Part shown: one piece after another, positions 13,631 to 27,357 of the stretch | Layout of the letters: each line of letters starts with the position of its first letter | Position numbering within the stretch: position 1 is the stretch's first letter | Program-made: the position numbers and the translations under genes | Notes under the pieces: generated by a model | Told to the model about the DNA's origin: nothing | Seen by the model: the letters and a program-made list of their open reading frames with translations, nothing else | Databases searched by the model: none | Assembly: GCA_964016885.1 (NCBI GenBank) | Contig: OZ024763.1 | Coordinates: forward strand, 21,700,001-21,764,000 | DNA: 64,000 nucleotides | From: Eledone cirrhosa | Taxonomy: Eukaryota | Reading direction: 5' to 3'

Positions 13631-14960
13631 AGCCATGCTTTATTTTATTTTTTGTGTTTATTTTCTGGAACTCAGTCCAGTCATGCAAAAATCGATTTTT
13701 GATTCCTGATCATAGATGGTATATATTGTATTAGCCTGAATATTATTAGACGAGGAGTTAGATACGAATGTGATAAGAATATCGTTAGAGACTATATTGT
13801 TGGTGATCTGCATTCCTAATCATTTAAATCTTATTGATCAGTTTGATTTTGTGGGCTGATTTTTTTTTCCCCATTTTCTTTTTATTTTCCCCTTCTTCTC
13901 GGACTTCTATTGATATAACTACTCTTCGATAGTTTTCTTTGATATACAAAGGCAACACTGCTGTGAATATAATATTGTAAATGAAAAGAAATAACGAGAA
14001 AAATGACCACAACAACAACAACAGCAGCAATAACAACAATATTATTTTTCACCCAACAAGTGGTTTAAATAATTGTTAACTTTATCAAAGTTAAAGCAGC
14101 ATTGGTTCTAGGTAGATGGAATGTTTCTAGACCAGGGGTGGGAAAACCTTGTGGATTGGGGGTCACATTAACTGAGTTATGAACACCAGAGGGCAGCACC
14201 ATTTATTAGTGGATATAGTACAGTATAGTATAGTACTAGATAGTATTGGATATAGTGTGCCAGTAACCTTATTTTTCTTCAGTTAGAATTTAGAAAATGT
14301 AAAATATAAACTGCAACATTATAATACATAAATTAATAAAATGATTAACCCTTTAGCATTCAAACCGGCCATATCCAGCCAGAATTCCCTCACCTTTTTC
14401 TGTTCAAACTGGCTGTAACTGGCCACTCATACTGATGTTAATAATTAATAATGATAAGATCAAAATCTCATAGATTCGATATTATGTAAGATAATTTTGC
14501 GAGGTAAAGCCTTACAAACACACACATACATATGCACTCACACAGAGCATAGCAAATGGAACGCCAACCACTATTTTGCTATAGTTTTTTCACCATCCCT
14601 TCCTTCCTTTTACACACACATACATTCACACAAACACAAACACGTACATTTTCACAAACACACATACATTCACACAAACACACATTTTCACACTCATACA
14701 CAGTGTAGCAAATGAAACGCCAACCACTGTTTTGCTATAGTTTTTTCACTATCCCCTTCCTTCCTTTTACACACACATTGTGTGACGGACGGACAGAAGT
14801 TGCTCAACTTTATATATAGGAGGCTGGCACAACATGTATCTGATGTGGAGTGGATATTTGGAATAGATTTAGTGATAAGATTCAGTTACTGAGTCTAATG
14901 AGGGTATCTAGCTCGCTGTGAAGTAGTTGTAGTGTTTACATGGAATGTAAATAGCTAGTT

Positions 14961-14991
<31 letters not shown>

Positions 14992-15789
14992 CCATCATCA
15001 ATATCTTCATTATCATCATCAGCAGCAGCAATATCATTATCATTATCATTCTCATCGTCAGCATCATGATCATCACCATCATCACCGTCATAATCATCAT
15101 CATAATCATCATCATCCTCACCATCATTGCCCTCGTAATCATCATAATCATCATCAATGTGTGAAAGAAGCTTTAAAAAAATAAAGCTACAAAACTTTCA
15201 CCATTTTGTTATAAATTGGATTTATTTTCTGTCTATGGCTTGCTACGGCTTTCTAAGCCCCTTCTAACACCAACTACTTTACAGTGTGTACTGGGTGATT
15301 TTATGTAGATCCCCAACACTAGGAGGCTGTCCTGTCCTTCACACAACTAAAGGGTCCTCCTAACCCTTTCTTTGGCAAGCTTTCTATGGCTGGGATGCCA
15401 TTCCTATCACCAACTACATATATTAATTTCAAAAAGAGGATGGTGAGGGAGACACATAGGAAGAACCATTCCAACAAGCCAAGCTCACACCTGCGGGTAG
15501 CCAACTCTGTACAGATGGTGGTAATTAGGGAGGTGGCCCTAGGGCCAAGAACACTAGATGTCTCTACAGCAGTAAATGTAAGTAAAAATGAAATCCTAAA
15601 GACACAACTTCTCCTCTGTGCTCAATAGAATATATGACCATACATAAGCAAGATGCAGTCTCTTTGGCCTGTCTGGGAGGTCAGTAGCCCCACTTTGGTA
15701 CCGATTTGATCTATATAGACACATCCAACCCTTGCTAGCAGGGAAAGCAGACATTAAATGATGATGATGAAGGCAAACAAAGTTCTTCT

Positions 15790-17215
15790 CTTCTTCGGTC
15801 ACTTATTCCTGAGAGGGTCGTGTGGGGAAGAGTCCTCAAACACTCCTCCAGCAGGTCCTGTCACAAGCAACCGTCTCCAACTGATCCGGCTGGATCCCCA
15901 AGTGTGACCAACCAAGCTCATGGAATTATGCAACCATCTTACTCGGGGTCTACCCCTTAGGTCTCCTGCTGGTTGGTTTTGCCCGTAAAATCTGTTCAGG
16001 GATTCTTTCCTGAGACATTCTAACCACATGTCCATAGTATCAGAGCTGTGGTCTCTCAATTCAGAGAAGTAGTGGCTCTACCTGGTGTGACTCACTGATC
16101 TCTGAGCTACAAATCTGTCCAGTGATTCTTTCCTGAGACATTCTAACCACATGTCCATAGTATCAGAGCTGTGGTCTCTCAATTTGGAGAAGTAGTGGCT
16201 CTACCTGGTGTGACTCTCTGATCTCTGAGCTACAAATCTGTCCAGTGATTCTTTCCTAAGACATTCTAACCACATGTCCATAGTATCAGAGCTGTGATCT
16301 CTCAATTCAGAGAAGTAGTGGCTCTACCTGTAGTGACTCACTGATCTCTGAGCTACAAATTTGTCCAGTGATTCTTTCCTGAGACATTCTAACCACATGT
16401 CCATTGTATCAGAGCTGTGATCTCTCAATTCAGAGAAGTAGTGGCTCTACCTGTAGTGACGCTCTGATCTCTGAGCTACAAATCTGTCCAGTGATTCTTT
16501 CCTAAGACATTCTAACCACATGTCCATAATATCAGAGCTGTGATCTCTCAATTCAGAGAAGTAGTGGCTCTACCTGTAGTGACTCTCTGATCTCTGAGCT
16601 ACAAATTTGTCCAGTGATTCTTTCCTGAGACATTCTAACCACATGTCCATAGTATCAGAGCTGTGGTCTCTCAATTTGGAGAAGTAGTGGCTCTACCTGG
16701 TGTGATTCTCTGATCTCTGAGCTACAAATCTGTCCAGTGATTCTTTCCTAAGACATTCTAACCACATGTCCATAGTATCAGAGCTGTGGTCTCTCAATTT
16801 GGAGAAGTAGTGGCTCTACCTGGTGTGATTCTCTGATCTCTGAGCTACAAATCTGTCCAGTGATTCTTTCCTGAGACATTCTAACCACATGTCCATAGTA
16901 TCAGAGCTGTGGTCTCTCAATTTGGAGAAGTAGTGGCTCTACCTGGTGTGATTCTCTGATCTCTGAGCTACAAATCTGTCCAGTGATTCTTTCCTGAGAC
17001 ATTCTAACCACATATCCATAGTATCAGAGCTGTGATCTCTCAATTTGGAGAAGTAGTGGCTCTACCTGGAGTAACTGCAGGATTCTTTGCTGAGACATTC
17101 TAACCACATATCCATAGTATCAGAGCTGTGATCTCTCACATTGGAGAAGAAGCAGCTCTTTTTGGAGTGACTCTCTGATCTCTGAGCTCTGCACTTTATC
17201 GAGTAACACTACTCC
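15790..17215 (-). mobile_element. RTE-clade LINE 3' fragment, internally expanded by a minisatellite
   Basis: Minus strand reads GVVLLDKVQSSEIRESLQ...ERSQL*YYGHVVRMSQER...RGRPRVRW, the RTE C-terminal motifs RL.WyGHV.RM and GRPR.RW. Confidence 0.8.
16001..17190. repeat. 123-bp minisatellite, about 9.5 copies
   Basis: gattctttcctgagacattctaaccacatgtcc at 16001, 16124, 16247, 16370 and onward. Confidence 0.95.
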
Positions 17216-17524
17216 AAAACTTTAAAATATTTATAGGTATTGAAATTTTTTGTTTAAAAATCAATATAACTATCATATATCACAGACTTGCTACACTTTA
17301 AAGTCAAATGAAGATAATTTCTTTGACAGTGTCACAGATTCTAATGAATATTCAGGATTGATGTATCAGTTTGGCAAAGCATTTTAAGTTTTTGCTGCCC
17401 TGGTTCTCCCCTTTTACATACAAGAATATTTCTATAAAATAAAGGAAACGAATCTTCAAAGAACAGCTTCTCTTTTGTGTAAACTTTCTTGCTACTTTGG
17501 TTTTTTGACAGCTTTATATATAAG

Positions 17525-17578
<54 letters not shown>

Positions 17579-17613
17579 CATATACATACACACACACACA
17601 TATATATATATTG

Positions 17614-17654
<41 letters not shown>

Positions 17655-17675
17655 ATATGTATATATATATATGTA

Positions 17676-17760
<85 letters not shown>

Positions 17761-17899
17761 TTCTGGAGACTGTTCAGGCTGAAGCCAAATCATTCAGTTA
17801 AGAACATCAAACGTTACTGCTGGCTTTTCTTATCATACATAGTGTAGATGTCAAATGTCTTCCATGGGCTGTCATTGATAACAGCACAATGTAGAAAGG

Positions 17900-17964
<65 letters not shown>

Positions 17965-18069
17965 ATAAATAAATGTATTTGTATATATATATATATAAAC
18001 ATATATATATATGTTTGTACATATATTATATATAAATATATATATAATATATATAAGTATAGTTATATG

Positions 18070-18140
<71 letters not shown>

Positions 18141-18314
18141 TAAGAGAAGATCAATGGTTAACTGTAGAGAGAAATAATAACCAAAAAAGTTCAAAATGAG
18201 GTGTCGTGCAATAAACAATAAGGCAGACCATTTGATTAACATAATTTGTAACCCTATAGAACTGATATTAATATTGTTATAGTGTAACGCTGTAATTAAT
18301 ATATATATATGGAT

Positions 18315-18650
18315 ATGGAGGCACATGGCTTAGTGGTTAGAGCATGAGCCTTGCAATCGAAAGGTTGTGAGTTCAATTCTCAGACCGGGCGATGTGTTGT
18401 TTCCTTGAGCAAGACACTTTATTTCACATTGCTCCAGTTTACTCAGCTGTAGAAATGAGATGATAGGGACTGGGTTCCCTATCATTCAACTGCAAAGTGG
18501 TCGTGGAGGTGCCACGGCAAAAAAAAAAGCATGCAGCACTCACTGTAAATGAGGTTGGTGTTAGGAAGGGCATCCAGCTGTAGAAATCAAGCCAGAATCA
18601 GTTCCTGTCCCACCCTTGCAAGCAGGAATAAGCAGATGTAAAATGATGAT
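18315..18650 (+). mobile_element. SINE family A
   Basis: Same head, core and tail as 9559-9893. Confidence 0.9.
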
Positions 18651-18929
18651 ATATATATACGAGTGAGACATGGTCACCCGATCAGCCTTGCCTCAAGTGG
18701 GACAACTCCCGTCTAACCCATGCTAGCGTGGAAGATGGACGTTAAACGATGATGATGATGATATATATATATATACTGGCACCTTATTTTTATGTTTGAT
18801 AATAAAATAACACAGATATATATACACATACACAGACACTTACATAAAGGATCCATCGACTTTTGTCAAATCGGACCGAGGAAACAATGTTTTCATTGGT
18901 CTATCTAGTTGCTAGTACTATCTATCGGT

Positions 18930-19065
18930 CACAACTCCAGGTAGAAGGAGCAACGTGAAATAAAGTGCCTTGCTCAAGGACATAACGCATCGCCCGGTTC
19001 TGGAATCGAACTCACAACCTCAAGATTGTGAATTCAATTCTCTAACCACTCGGCCACACGCTTTC
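18930..19065 (-). mobile_element. tRNA-derived SINE head related to family A
   Basis: Minus strand gcgtgtggccgagtggttagag...gagttcgattcc...tccttgagcaaggcactttatttcacg. Confidence 0.7.
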
Positions 19066-19112
19066 ACTACACACATATATATGTGTGTATATATATATAT
19101 ATGTGCATATAC

Positions 19113-19190
<78 letters not shown>

Positions 19191-19349
19191 GTCCAAACCC
19201 ATGCAAGCATGGAACATGGACGTTAAACGATGATGATGATGATGATATATATATATATGGTTTATTGACAGCTTTATATATAAGTATATATATATATATA
19301 AGTATATATATATATATATATATAAGTATATATATATATATATATATAA

Positions 19350-19408
<59 letters not shown>

Positions 19409-19419
19409 CATATACATAT

Positions 19420-19453
<34 letters not shown>

Positions 19454-19455
19454 TG

Positions 19456-19492
<37 letters not shown>

Positions 19493-20977
19493 ATGTTCAA
19501 GAGCTTTAACCTATCAATAACTATGGATAGAAATAGTAAGGTAGTCAACTTTCTAGATGCCACACTAGACCTAGATAAGTTAGAATATACACCGTACCAT
19601 AAACCTAACGAGAGGCTGACATACGTCGATGCCAGCTCCAACCACCCAGGCTCAGTCCTCACAGCAATAGTTAAGGGAGTATCAAGTAGGATTAGCGGAC
19701 TATCTAGCAACGTGACCGCATTTGAGGCAAATGCGGAGTATTACAATAAGGCGCTAGCTAGGTCAGGGCACAAAGATAAACTTCATTATATTGAGACAAA
19801 CGGCACCAACCCACCACCCCAACCCAGCACCACCCCACTACCTCAACCCAGCACTATAATCACACATAATATGTCCATGGGGCATGGAGGGAGGTCTAGA
19901 AAGACGAATAGGGACAATAAGAATTTAGCTAAGAACACCAACATTCGCAATGCAGACTCGGATAGGGCCCGCACGGCTGGAAAGCGTTACGCCGCCCCAA
20001 GCAAGACCAACAGTAAAAACGGGGGCCAGAGGTCTAAGAGATTTGAGACCAATACACATACCACCGGGAGCCCAGGACGCACACCTGGTAGAACCCATAA
20101 TAATCTAGATAAAGGGAGGGTAAGCAGCATAGGGGATAAGAAACGCAGTGGAAAGAATAGAAGACGTCATAGCACCTTCTTTAACCCGCCCTTCAACTCT
20201 AACATTATTACAAACCTCCCCAAATCTTTTTTCTCTTTGATAGATAGGAACTTCCCCCCAGGTAGTAGGTACGGTAGTGTCATCAATAAGAATACTATCA
20301 AACTATCATACTCAACAACCCCTAATCTGGCCTCCCACCTAGCTAAGACCAATAAGAGTAAGATTAAAGAGGGACTTAAGGCCATCCGAAATAGTGAACC
20401 ATGCCAGTACACACGACAGCATGGGACCAACCCACTGAGTGAAAGACCCAGGGGGATAACAGGCAATAGACCTGGTCCCACTAGGCAGCCCCGCGGCCGC
20501 TTGGAGGGACATACACCCCTGATTGAGGAGCACGACCCTATTAGGAAGTGTAATTGCCGACGGAAGGACAAATGCCCACTAGCTGGACACTGCCTTATTA
20601 AGAACGTAGTATATGCTTATAATGTAACCACAGACACGTATACTAAGACGTATGTGGGGTCAACCGCTAACCAGTTCAAGACGAGATTCAACGCCCACCA
20701 GCATAGCTTCCGAAATGAGAAGCTTAAAAATACCATGTCGTTAGCGGGACACATACATAACTTAAAACAAGCAAAAACCCCCTACACACTAAGCTGGAGA
20801 TGCCTTACTAAAGCTCCTCCATATAGCTCATTAAGCAGGTTTTGTAGCCTGTGCCTAACTGAATCTCATGCCATAGTATTCTCAGGACTTAACTTGCTCA
20901 ACAGGAGGTCAGAAATCTTCTCGTCCTGCCCCCATACTATACTTAGCTCTTTCTTTTTCTTCAGACCGGACACCTAA
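19493..20977 (+). CDS. Penelope-like element ORF, 5'-truncated (RT C-terminus/thumb, linker, C-terminal GIY-YIG endonuclease)
   Basis: FLDATL, YHKP, SNHP (PLE RT/thumb); FNPPF...KLSYS; CNCR..CPL.G.C; NVVY...YVGST..FKTR..H (GIY-YIG); CxLC, LLNRRSE. The ORF upstream of 19493 is microsatellite. Confidence 0.9.
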   Translation: MFKSFNLSITMDRNSKVVNFLDATLDLDKLEYTPYHKPNERLTYVDASSNHPGSVLTAIVKGVSSRISGLSSNVTAFEANAEYYNKALARSGHKDKLHYIETNGTNPPPQPSTTPLPQPSTIITHNMSMGHGGRSRKTNRDNKNLAKNTNIRNADSDRARTAGKRYAAPSKTNSKNGGQRSKRFETNTHTTGSPGRTPGRTHNNLDKGRVSSIGDKKRSGKNRRRHSTFFNPPFNSNIITNLPKSFFSLIDRNFPPGSRYGSVINKNTIKLSYSTTPNLASHLAKTNKSKIKEGLKAIRNSEPCQYTRQHGTNPLSERPRGITGNRPGPTRQPRGRLEGHTPLIEEHDPIRKCNCRRKDKCPLAGHCLIKNVVYAYNVTTDTYTKTYVGSTANQFKTRFNAHQHSFRNEKLKNTMSLAGHIHNLKQAKTPYTLSWRCLTKAPPYSSLSRFCSLCLTESHAIVFSGLNLLNRRSEIFSSCPHTILSSFFFFRPDT

Positions 20978-22030
20978 CCCTGACCCCACCCTGTCTCGCA
21001 CATGGCTGCTCCAGTGGCGAATAGGTTGCTCTTGAGTAACCCCGGCCTCACTGATGCCTCGGCTCCCCACTTGCTGATGGGGACTCTGGTGAGGAACAGT
21101 TGATCCTGTGTCCCACTTGCCAAAATGGGATAGGTGGCAACATTGTTGCTGGGCGCTCTGGGGGCCGCTGATGCCTGCAGCGTGGGATATTGCGAGTGCC
21201 TGGACCCACGCCGCCTGGTCTGAGGATGTACCGTCGGGGATACATATCAACACATTCGGGAATTTGACCAAGAGAACAGTAGCAGAGCACCCAATGTGGC
21301 GGCCGTTCCCTGCCTGTAACCAATCACCCACCCCCACCCCCCTCCCCTAGTAAACCCCCGCCCCAATAGCTCCCCCTCCCCATTCATTCCCATTCATTTT
21401 TTTGAGTTCGTTCTTTATTAATAAGGATTTTTTTGTATATTACCACGGTTGACATAATAAGTTTGGAGAGTTGACTCCCTTGATGTCTGACCACTCGATA
21501 AGATAGGGGTTATGCCCCTTGAACTAGGGTATATCTTGCTAGTCTACCTGCTGTCAGCTACTACCCGCGACTGGACATGGTGGTAGCCACAGGCCTGCAC
21601 GGTAGCATGGAGTATGTATTTTCTGCTAGTCACCCCGTGTAATATGATACCCCAATATTCCATGCACGGGAATCACGAGGCATGCGCAGACTTAACAGGG
21701 AGATGACATGCGAAATTGAAAATGCCACAAGAGAGATCCTTTAGATAGCGTAGACGCCGGACCATACCAGCAAATATCTGCACATACACCTTGATCTATC
21801 TTGAATATGCATGACTGACAGGATGTAGAAACAACATGGATAATACGACCAGCATCTAAGCTAGAACCGACCCCTACTACATATAACAACAAACAAAGAG
21901 GGGACAGTCCTTAGCATTTAACCAGTCGCGTGTGAACTTGGAATTGGTGAGAGGAGGGGATAATAGCGAGAGACACAATATACCACCCCAGTCAAGTCCA
22001 AAACTGGACTTTTTAACCAATATATCAGGT

Positions 22031-22356
22031 ACACCAATATATCCTATACACCAATATATCCTATACACCAATATATCCTATACACCAATATATCCTATAC
22101 ACCAATATATCCTATACACCAATATATCCTATACACCAATATATCCTATACACCAATATATCCTATACACCAATATATCCTATACACCAATATATCCTAT
22201 ACACCAATATATCCTATACACCAATATATCCTATACACCAATATATCCTATACACCAATATATCCTATACACCAATATATCCTATACACCAATATATCCT
22301 ATACACCAATATATCCTATACACCAATATATCCTATACACCAATATATCCTATACA
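22031..22356. repeat. Perfect 17-bp tandem repeat, about 19 copies
   Basis: Unit acaccaatatatcctat. Confidence 0.97.
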
Positions 22357-23846
22357 GCAAAACCTTGGATTTAGAACCGGCAGGCTGATCTATCGCAAAC
22401 GCGTGCGATCCCACGCATGGCTTAATAACTGGCACGACCGAAACTACATGGTAAAGATCGAACGGAGCACACGCTGTGACCACTAGCTGTTTGATCAGCA
22501 GGTCCATCTCCCAGAGAGTGCACACAGCTGATAGTGAATCCCAGTTGATTTGTGAACTCGGAACTTTTCAACAAGACCAACTGTGCCCGGAGCTATGCAG
22601 ATGGTTGCATGCGCACAATGGATATCGCACCTACAAGGTCACCTATATTGTTCATCTTGCTGTATATGTGTAAAGTATCCATGTGTGGGATATCCCTGAG
22701 TAAATTTGCTTGACTGTTAATTGTTTATTAATTGTTTGTTAATTAGGCAGGAATATATTATTATATCTTTGTTAATCCTATATTAATAATTTTTTGATAA
22801 TACATTATAGATTACTTAAGCTATTTAATACCTTCTTAAAAATACATTTTATAATTATTGTCTTTTTGCTTATATATTTTCTTACTTATCATTTTCTTTA
22901 ATCTTCGAGCCCAACTTGATAAGCTCTTTGAATTGCTCCTTAATTAGATTACTTAAATTACTTTATTTACTATACCTAAGTTTTTGTATCTGTTGAAGCA
23001 GCCCTTTGGAAATTCCTCGGATCTCCCAAATTCCGTAATTTTTAATTTGTAATTTTCCTCAATTCATTTATATATATTTTTAAAGGTTCTCTAAATTTTT
23101 AATTCTTTGAAGGGTCTTTCGGAGGAGGTTTTTATTAAAAATATTAAAGAGACCTTTTCTGAAGGATTTTTTGAACTAACCTTTAATTGATTAATTTCCT
23201 TCAACTATTTATTTCTTAATTTTTAAATTTAATGTTCAACCTCTCAATCTTTAATTTTTAATCTTGGATATATAAGATTTCTTAATCTTAAATTCATTAA
23301 ATTTTTAAATTTCTTGGTTTGGAACTCTTAAACTTCAAATCCTAACTTAAATCTAAATCTTAATCTTTATATTATGGATTCCCTAAATCATTAACTTTAT
23401 TAACCTCTTAAATCTTTTTGAAAGTATTTTTTTTTCCCTAATTTTTAATTTTTAAGTTTAGAACTTTCGTAGGGATTATTAAATCTTCGTATATTTTCTT
23501 AAGTTTTTTTAAGGGAACTTTTTAGAAAAATTTTTTTGAAGGAATTTTTTAGGAAACTGTTTATTTCTTTATTCTCTTAATCTCTTCTGGTTTTTTAGGT
23601 TTATTGGGGCTTATAAGCTTTATGCGCTTATTGAGGTGTTTTTTAAGGTGCTTTTAAGGGATCCCAAGTCTTTTACTTTTAATGCGTAACTTATAAATTC
23701 TTTAATTTTTAACCTTCAATCCCTAACTTTTAGGCCCTTTTCAAATTTTCAAAGCTTAACTAGCTACCATCGCATATTTGGTAGGTCAGGCGTGATCATC
23801 GCGATTTACGTACGACCTACCATACATCTTGCTTATATATATATAT

Positions 23847-23991
23847 ATGGTGGCTGCCAACTCGTTTTCGAGTACGGCTACTACTTTACATCCACGTAGG
23901 AGAACCCCTACTGATGCGCTGAACGAGTGTGACTTTTTAGTCCAGCCAGCGACTTGAAAACTCTGGTACAAACACTACACCTGTGACAATA
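23847..23991 (-). mobile_element. 3' fragment of the RTE-like zinc-finger element
   Basis: Matches 5426-5568. Confidence 0.75.
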
Positions 23992-24012
23992 TCATTGTAT
24001 ATATATATATAT

Positions 24013-24235
24013 ACAATGATATTAAATAAATGTAAACTATATTTATAAAACCATATTTATTCTATTATAGAATAAATAATAATATTCTATAATAGAATAA
24101 ATATGGTTTTATAAATATAATTTCCATTTATTAAATATCATTGAATATTATACTTCAGAAATCTGTTGAGTGCTCTGAATTATAAACATTTATATTTGTT
24201 GAATTACCAACAAATTCAATATCCCTTTCGCTTAT
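24013..24235 (+). mobile_element. Fold-back PLE-terminus-like island in (TA)n
   Basis: Inverted arms at about 24013-24075 and 24083-24144, then a tail with tacttcag...gagtgctc. Confidence 0.55.
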
Positions 24236-24873
24236 ATATATATTTTTTAAATTAGAATTTTATTTCTCACCCTAGCACAGTTGATACATAAATGTGTATG
24301 TGTATATGTGTGTGTATGTATATATATGTGTGTGTGTATGTGCATACTTATATATATGTATATATCCTGGCACCTTATTTTTGTGTTTGATAACAAAAAT
24401 AACACACATATATATACACACATGACAAGTGGGGAGATGCTGTGCTGAATAGGACCCATACCACCCTTGCAAACAGGGAAAAGCAGATGTAAAATGATGA
24501 TGATGATGATATATATACACATATATACACACTTATATATATATACACAAACTTATATACACACACATATATATATATATACATATGTATATAGATATAC
24601 ATACATATATGCACATATATTCACGCTTATATGTATATATATACACATACACATACATACACATATCCACACATACACATTTACATATACACACATGTAT
24701 GTACATACACTTATACACACACATATACACACACACAGTCATAAATGATATAATGTTATTCTTTGAGCACTTTGAACCTCAGCAGAGCCTTTCAAACAAT
24801 TTTCTAAGGAGTCTCTTAGTTTTCTTCCAACTAAAACTTATTAATGTGATATGTGTGTGCGCGTGTGTGTGTA

Positions 24874-24935
<62 letters not shown>

Positions 24936-25174
24936 TGTGTGCATGTGTGTGAGTGTGTGTGTGTGTGCATGTGTGTGTGTGTGAGTGTGTGTGTATGTGT
25001 GCATGTGTGTGAGTGTGTGTGTGTGCATGTGTGTGTGTGTGTGTGTATGTGTGTGCATGTGTGTGAGTGTGTGTGTGTGCAAAAAGTTCTGATTCATGAA
25101 GCAAACTAAATAAGATGTTAGGTCAATCATGCCCCTTGCTTAAAATATATGCAACATTAGTGAAATATAATATT

Positions 25175-25482
25175 TTATTCTTTTACTCTTTTACCTGTTC
25201 CAGCCATCTGGCTGAGGCCATGCTGGGGCACCACCCTTGTTGCTACACATTCTATCTCCAGCCTGTGTTGGTTGGCCATTAGTGCAAGAGGGAGTTTGTA
25301 ACTGCTGCCCTTAGGTTACCTTCGAACCGTGCTGTGGGCTCATCCAGGATCCTGGATAGCAGGGTGTCAAGATGTTTCTTGAAAACATCCACGCCCATTA
25401 CATGCAGATCTCTCAAATTCCTTGGCAGCTTGTTGAAGAGTTGAGGGCCTTTGAACCCCAGGCTGTTGCGATATCTGCTCCT
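25175..25482 (-). mobile_element. CR1/L2-group (Crack/Daphne-like) LINE 3' fragment
   Basis: Minus strand RSRYRNSLGFKGPQLFNKLPRNLRDLHVMGVDVFKKHLDTLLSRILDEP; 3' end ggtgccccagcatggcc...gtaaaagagtaaaag. Confidence 0.75.
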
Positions 25483-26065
25483 TACTCAGGATTTGAACTT
25501 AGAATGTAAAGGGCAGTGTTCAAATAATAATTGTTTCTACTTTTGGCACAAGGCCAGCAATTACCCCAGTGCATTACTGGTGCTTTATTTTATCGACCCC
25601 GTAAGGATGAAAAGCAAAGCTAACCCCGGCAGGATTTGAACTCAGACTGTAAAGGGCCGTAACTCTATGCTGCAAAGCATGGCATCCAACCCTCTACTGA
25701 TACTGCCAATCCACCGCCCGGTGTTCAAATAATAATAATGATAATAATTGTTTCTACTTTTGGCACAAGGCCAGCAATTATCCCAGTGCATTACTGGTAC
25801 TTTATTTTTATCGACCCCGTAAGAATCAAAGGCAAAGCTAACCCCGGCCGGATTTGAACTCAGACCGTAAAGGGCCGTAACTCTATGCTGCAAAGCATAG
25901 CGTCCGACCCTCTACCGATACTGCCAATCCACCGCCATTATAATAATGATGATGCTGGTTTCTAATTTAGGCACAAGGCTAACAACTTGGGAAGGGGAAA
26001 GCCGATTAAATCAACCCCAGTGCGTGACTGGTACGTTATTCTATCGACACCAGAAGGATGAAAGT
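25483..26065 (-). mobile_element. Cluster of SINE family B copies
   Basis: Reverse-complement cores tatcgaccccgtaaggatgaaa and heads ctgccaatccacc. Confidence 0.8.
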
Positions 26066-26940
26066 TAGTTATATTTTACAAACTGTTCATGTTTTCCAAA
26101 TGAGTTGAAAAACATTGGCAATGTGTTTCATTAGAAATATTGTAATGAAAGGGTTTTTAGCATCTAATTTGAGTCTCTGTGATTTACACAAACAACATTC
26201 TTCTTTCATTGACTAGAAATTACATGTTGTATTGTGTAGACAGGAAGATGGAGTGTTGTTGAAATTGAAACAAATACATGAAGTCATCAGGTGTGAAACG
26301 AAATAGAAACATTGATTGATTTCTACCTGAAAGTCTTGTGAGTTGTTTGAAGCATTTCTCAGGTGCGCTTGTGTCTTTGTGAATCTTTATTTTCTGTCAT
26401 GGGTAATTCCTTTTACACTCAATAGATAGGTGAGAGAGAGAGGGAGAGAGAGTGTGTGTATGAGGCAGAGAGAGAGAAAGAAAGAAAGAGTGTGTGAGGG
26501 GAGAGAGAGGAGGGAGAAAGAGAGAGAGAGAGTGTGTGAGGGAGAGAGAGAGTGGGCAGAAAGAGAGAGAGTGTGTGAAGGAGAGAGAGAAAGACAGAGA
26601 GGGAGAGAGAGTGTGTGTGAGAGAGAGAGAATGAGAATGAGAGAAAGAGGTAGAGAGAAAGGCGAGAACATCAAATATTACGCACTGTAGCAATCCTTAT
26701 CAAAGGTATCAGAGAGATATGGAATGCTTTGGAATGTTTTAAGGTGTGAAGCAGAAATACAAAGATCACAAGAACAAACCGAGTGGGGGTGTATTTAGTG
26801 AGATAGCTTTGGGAGTAGCTTAATTATAAAGAAAGAGGATGTTGAGTGCTTTGAAAGCTTTGTCCTTGAATCAACACACATATTTGGTTAATAGCAGTAT
26901 GTATAAAGTTGGAGCTTCATTGAATATATATATATATATA

Positions 26941-27265
26941 ACCAAATGTTAATAAGGTTCACTGATTACTCAATGAATATAGTTTTACAATAGATTAAAA
27001 GCACTCAAGGGGAAATTTTTCTGGAGTTATTAATATTATTCAAAATATTAATAAATGGAGACATTTACATAATCAAAATATATGTTTTATTATATATATG
27101 CCAAGACTGAAATTGAACCATCAACACAGTTGAGGTATGTCATACATCAATTCATATATTTTATCTGATGAGGTCGTTCTGAAAAAAACAGCACAGTACT
27201 TCCGAAATATATATAATAAAACATATATTTTGATTATGTAAATGTCTCCATTTATTAATATTTTG

Positions 27266-27272
<7 letters not shown>
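26941..27272. mobile_element. Fold-back PLE-terminus island with hammerhead
   Basis: Arms 27033-27099 and 27207-27272 are inverted; left tail contains gcactc...ctggagt; flanked by (TA)n. Confidence 0.75.
27159..27221 (+). ncRNA. Minimal type-I hammerhead ribozyme motif
   Basis: TTTTAT-CTGATGA-[imperfect stem II]-GAAA-TATATA-TA-ATAAAA; stem I TTTTAT/ATAAAA, palindromic helix III. Confidence 0.65.

Positions 27273-27351
<79 letters not shown>

Positions 27352-27357
<6 letters not shown>

Larger units (their letters stand above)
19493..23833 (+). mobile_element. Penelope-like retroelement 1 (probable extent including a long 3' region)
   Basis: ORF followed by about 2.85 kb of non-microsatellite sequence ending in a hairpin and (TA)n; the 3' boundary is inferred. 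Confidence 0.55.

Noticed and set aside
14497-14822. Helentron/DINE-like element (gacggacggacaga...ctttatatatag)
   Set aside because: Only one terminus-like motif was recognisable; not enough to call.
21045-21245. CTGATG/CTGAGGA motifs downstream of PLE 1 as hammerheads
   Set aside because: No correctly placed GAAA, helix III or stem I.
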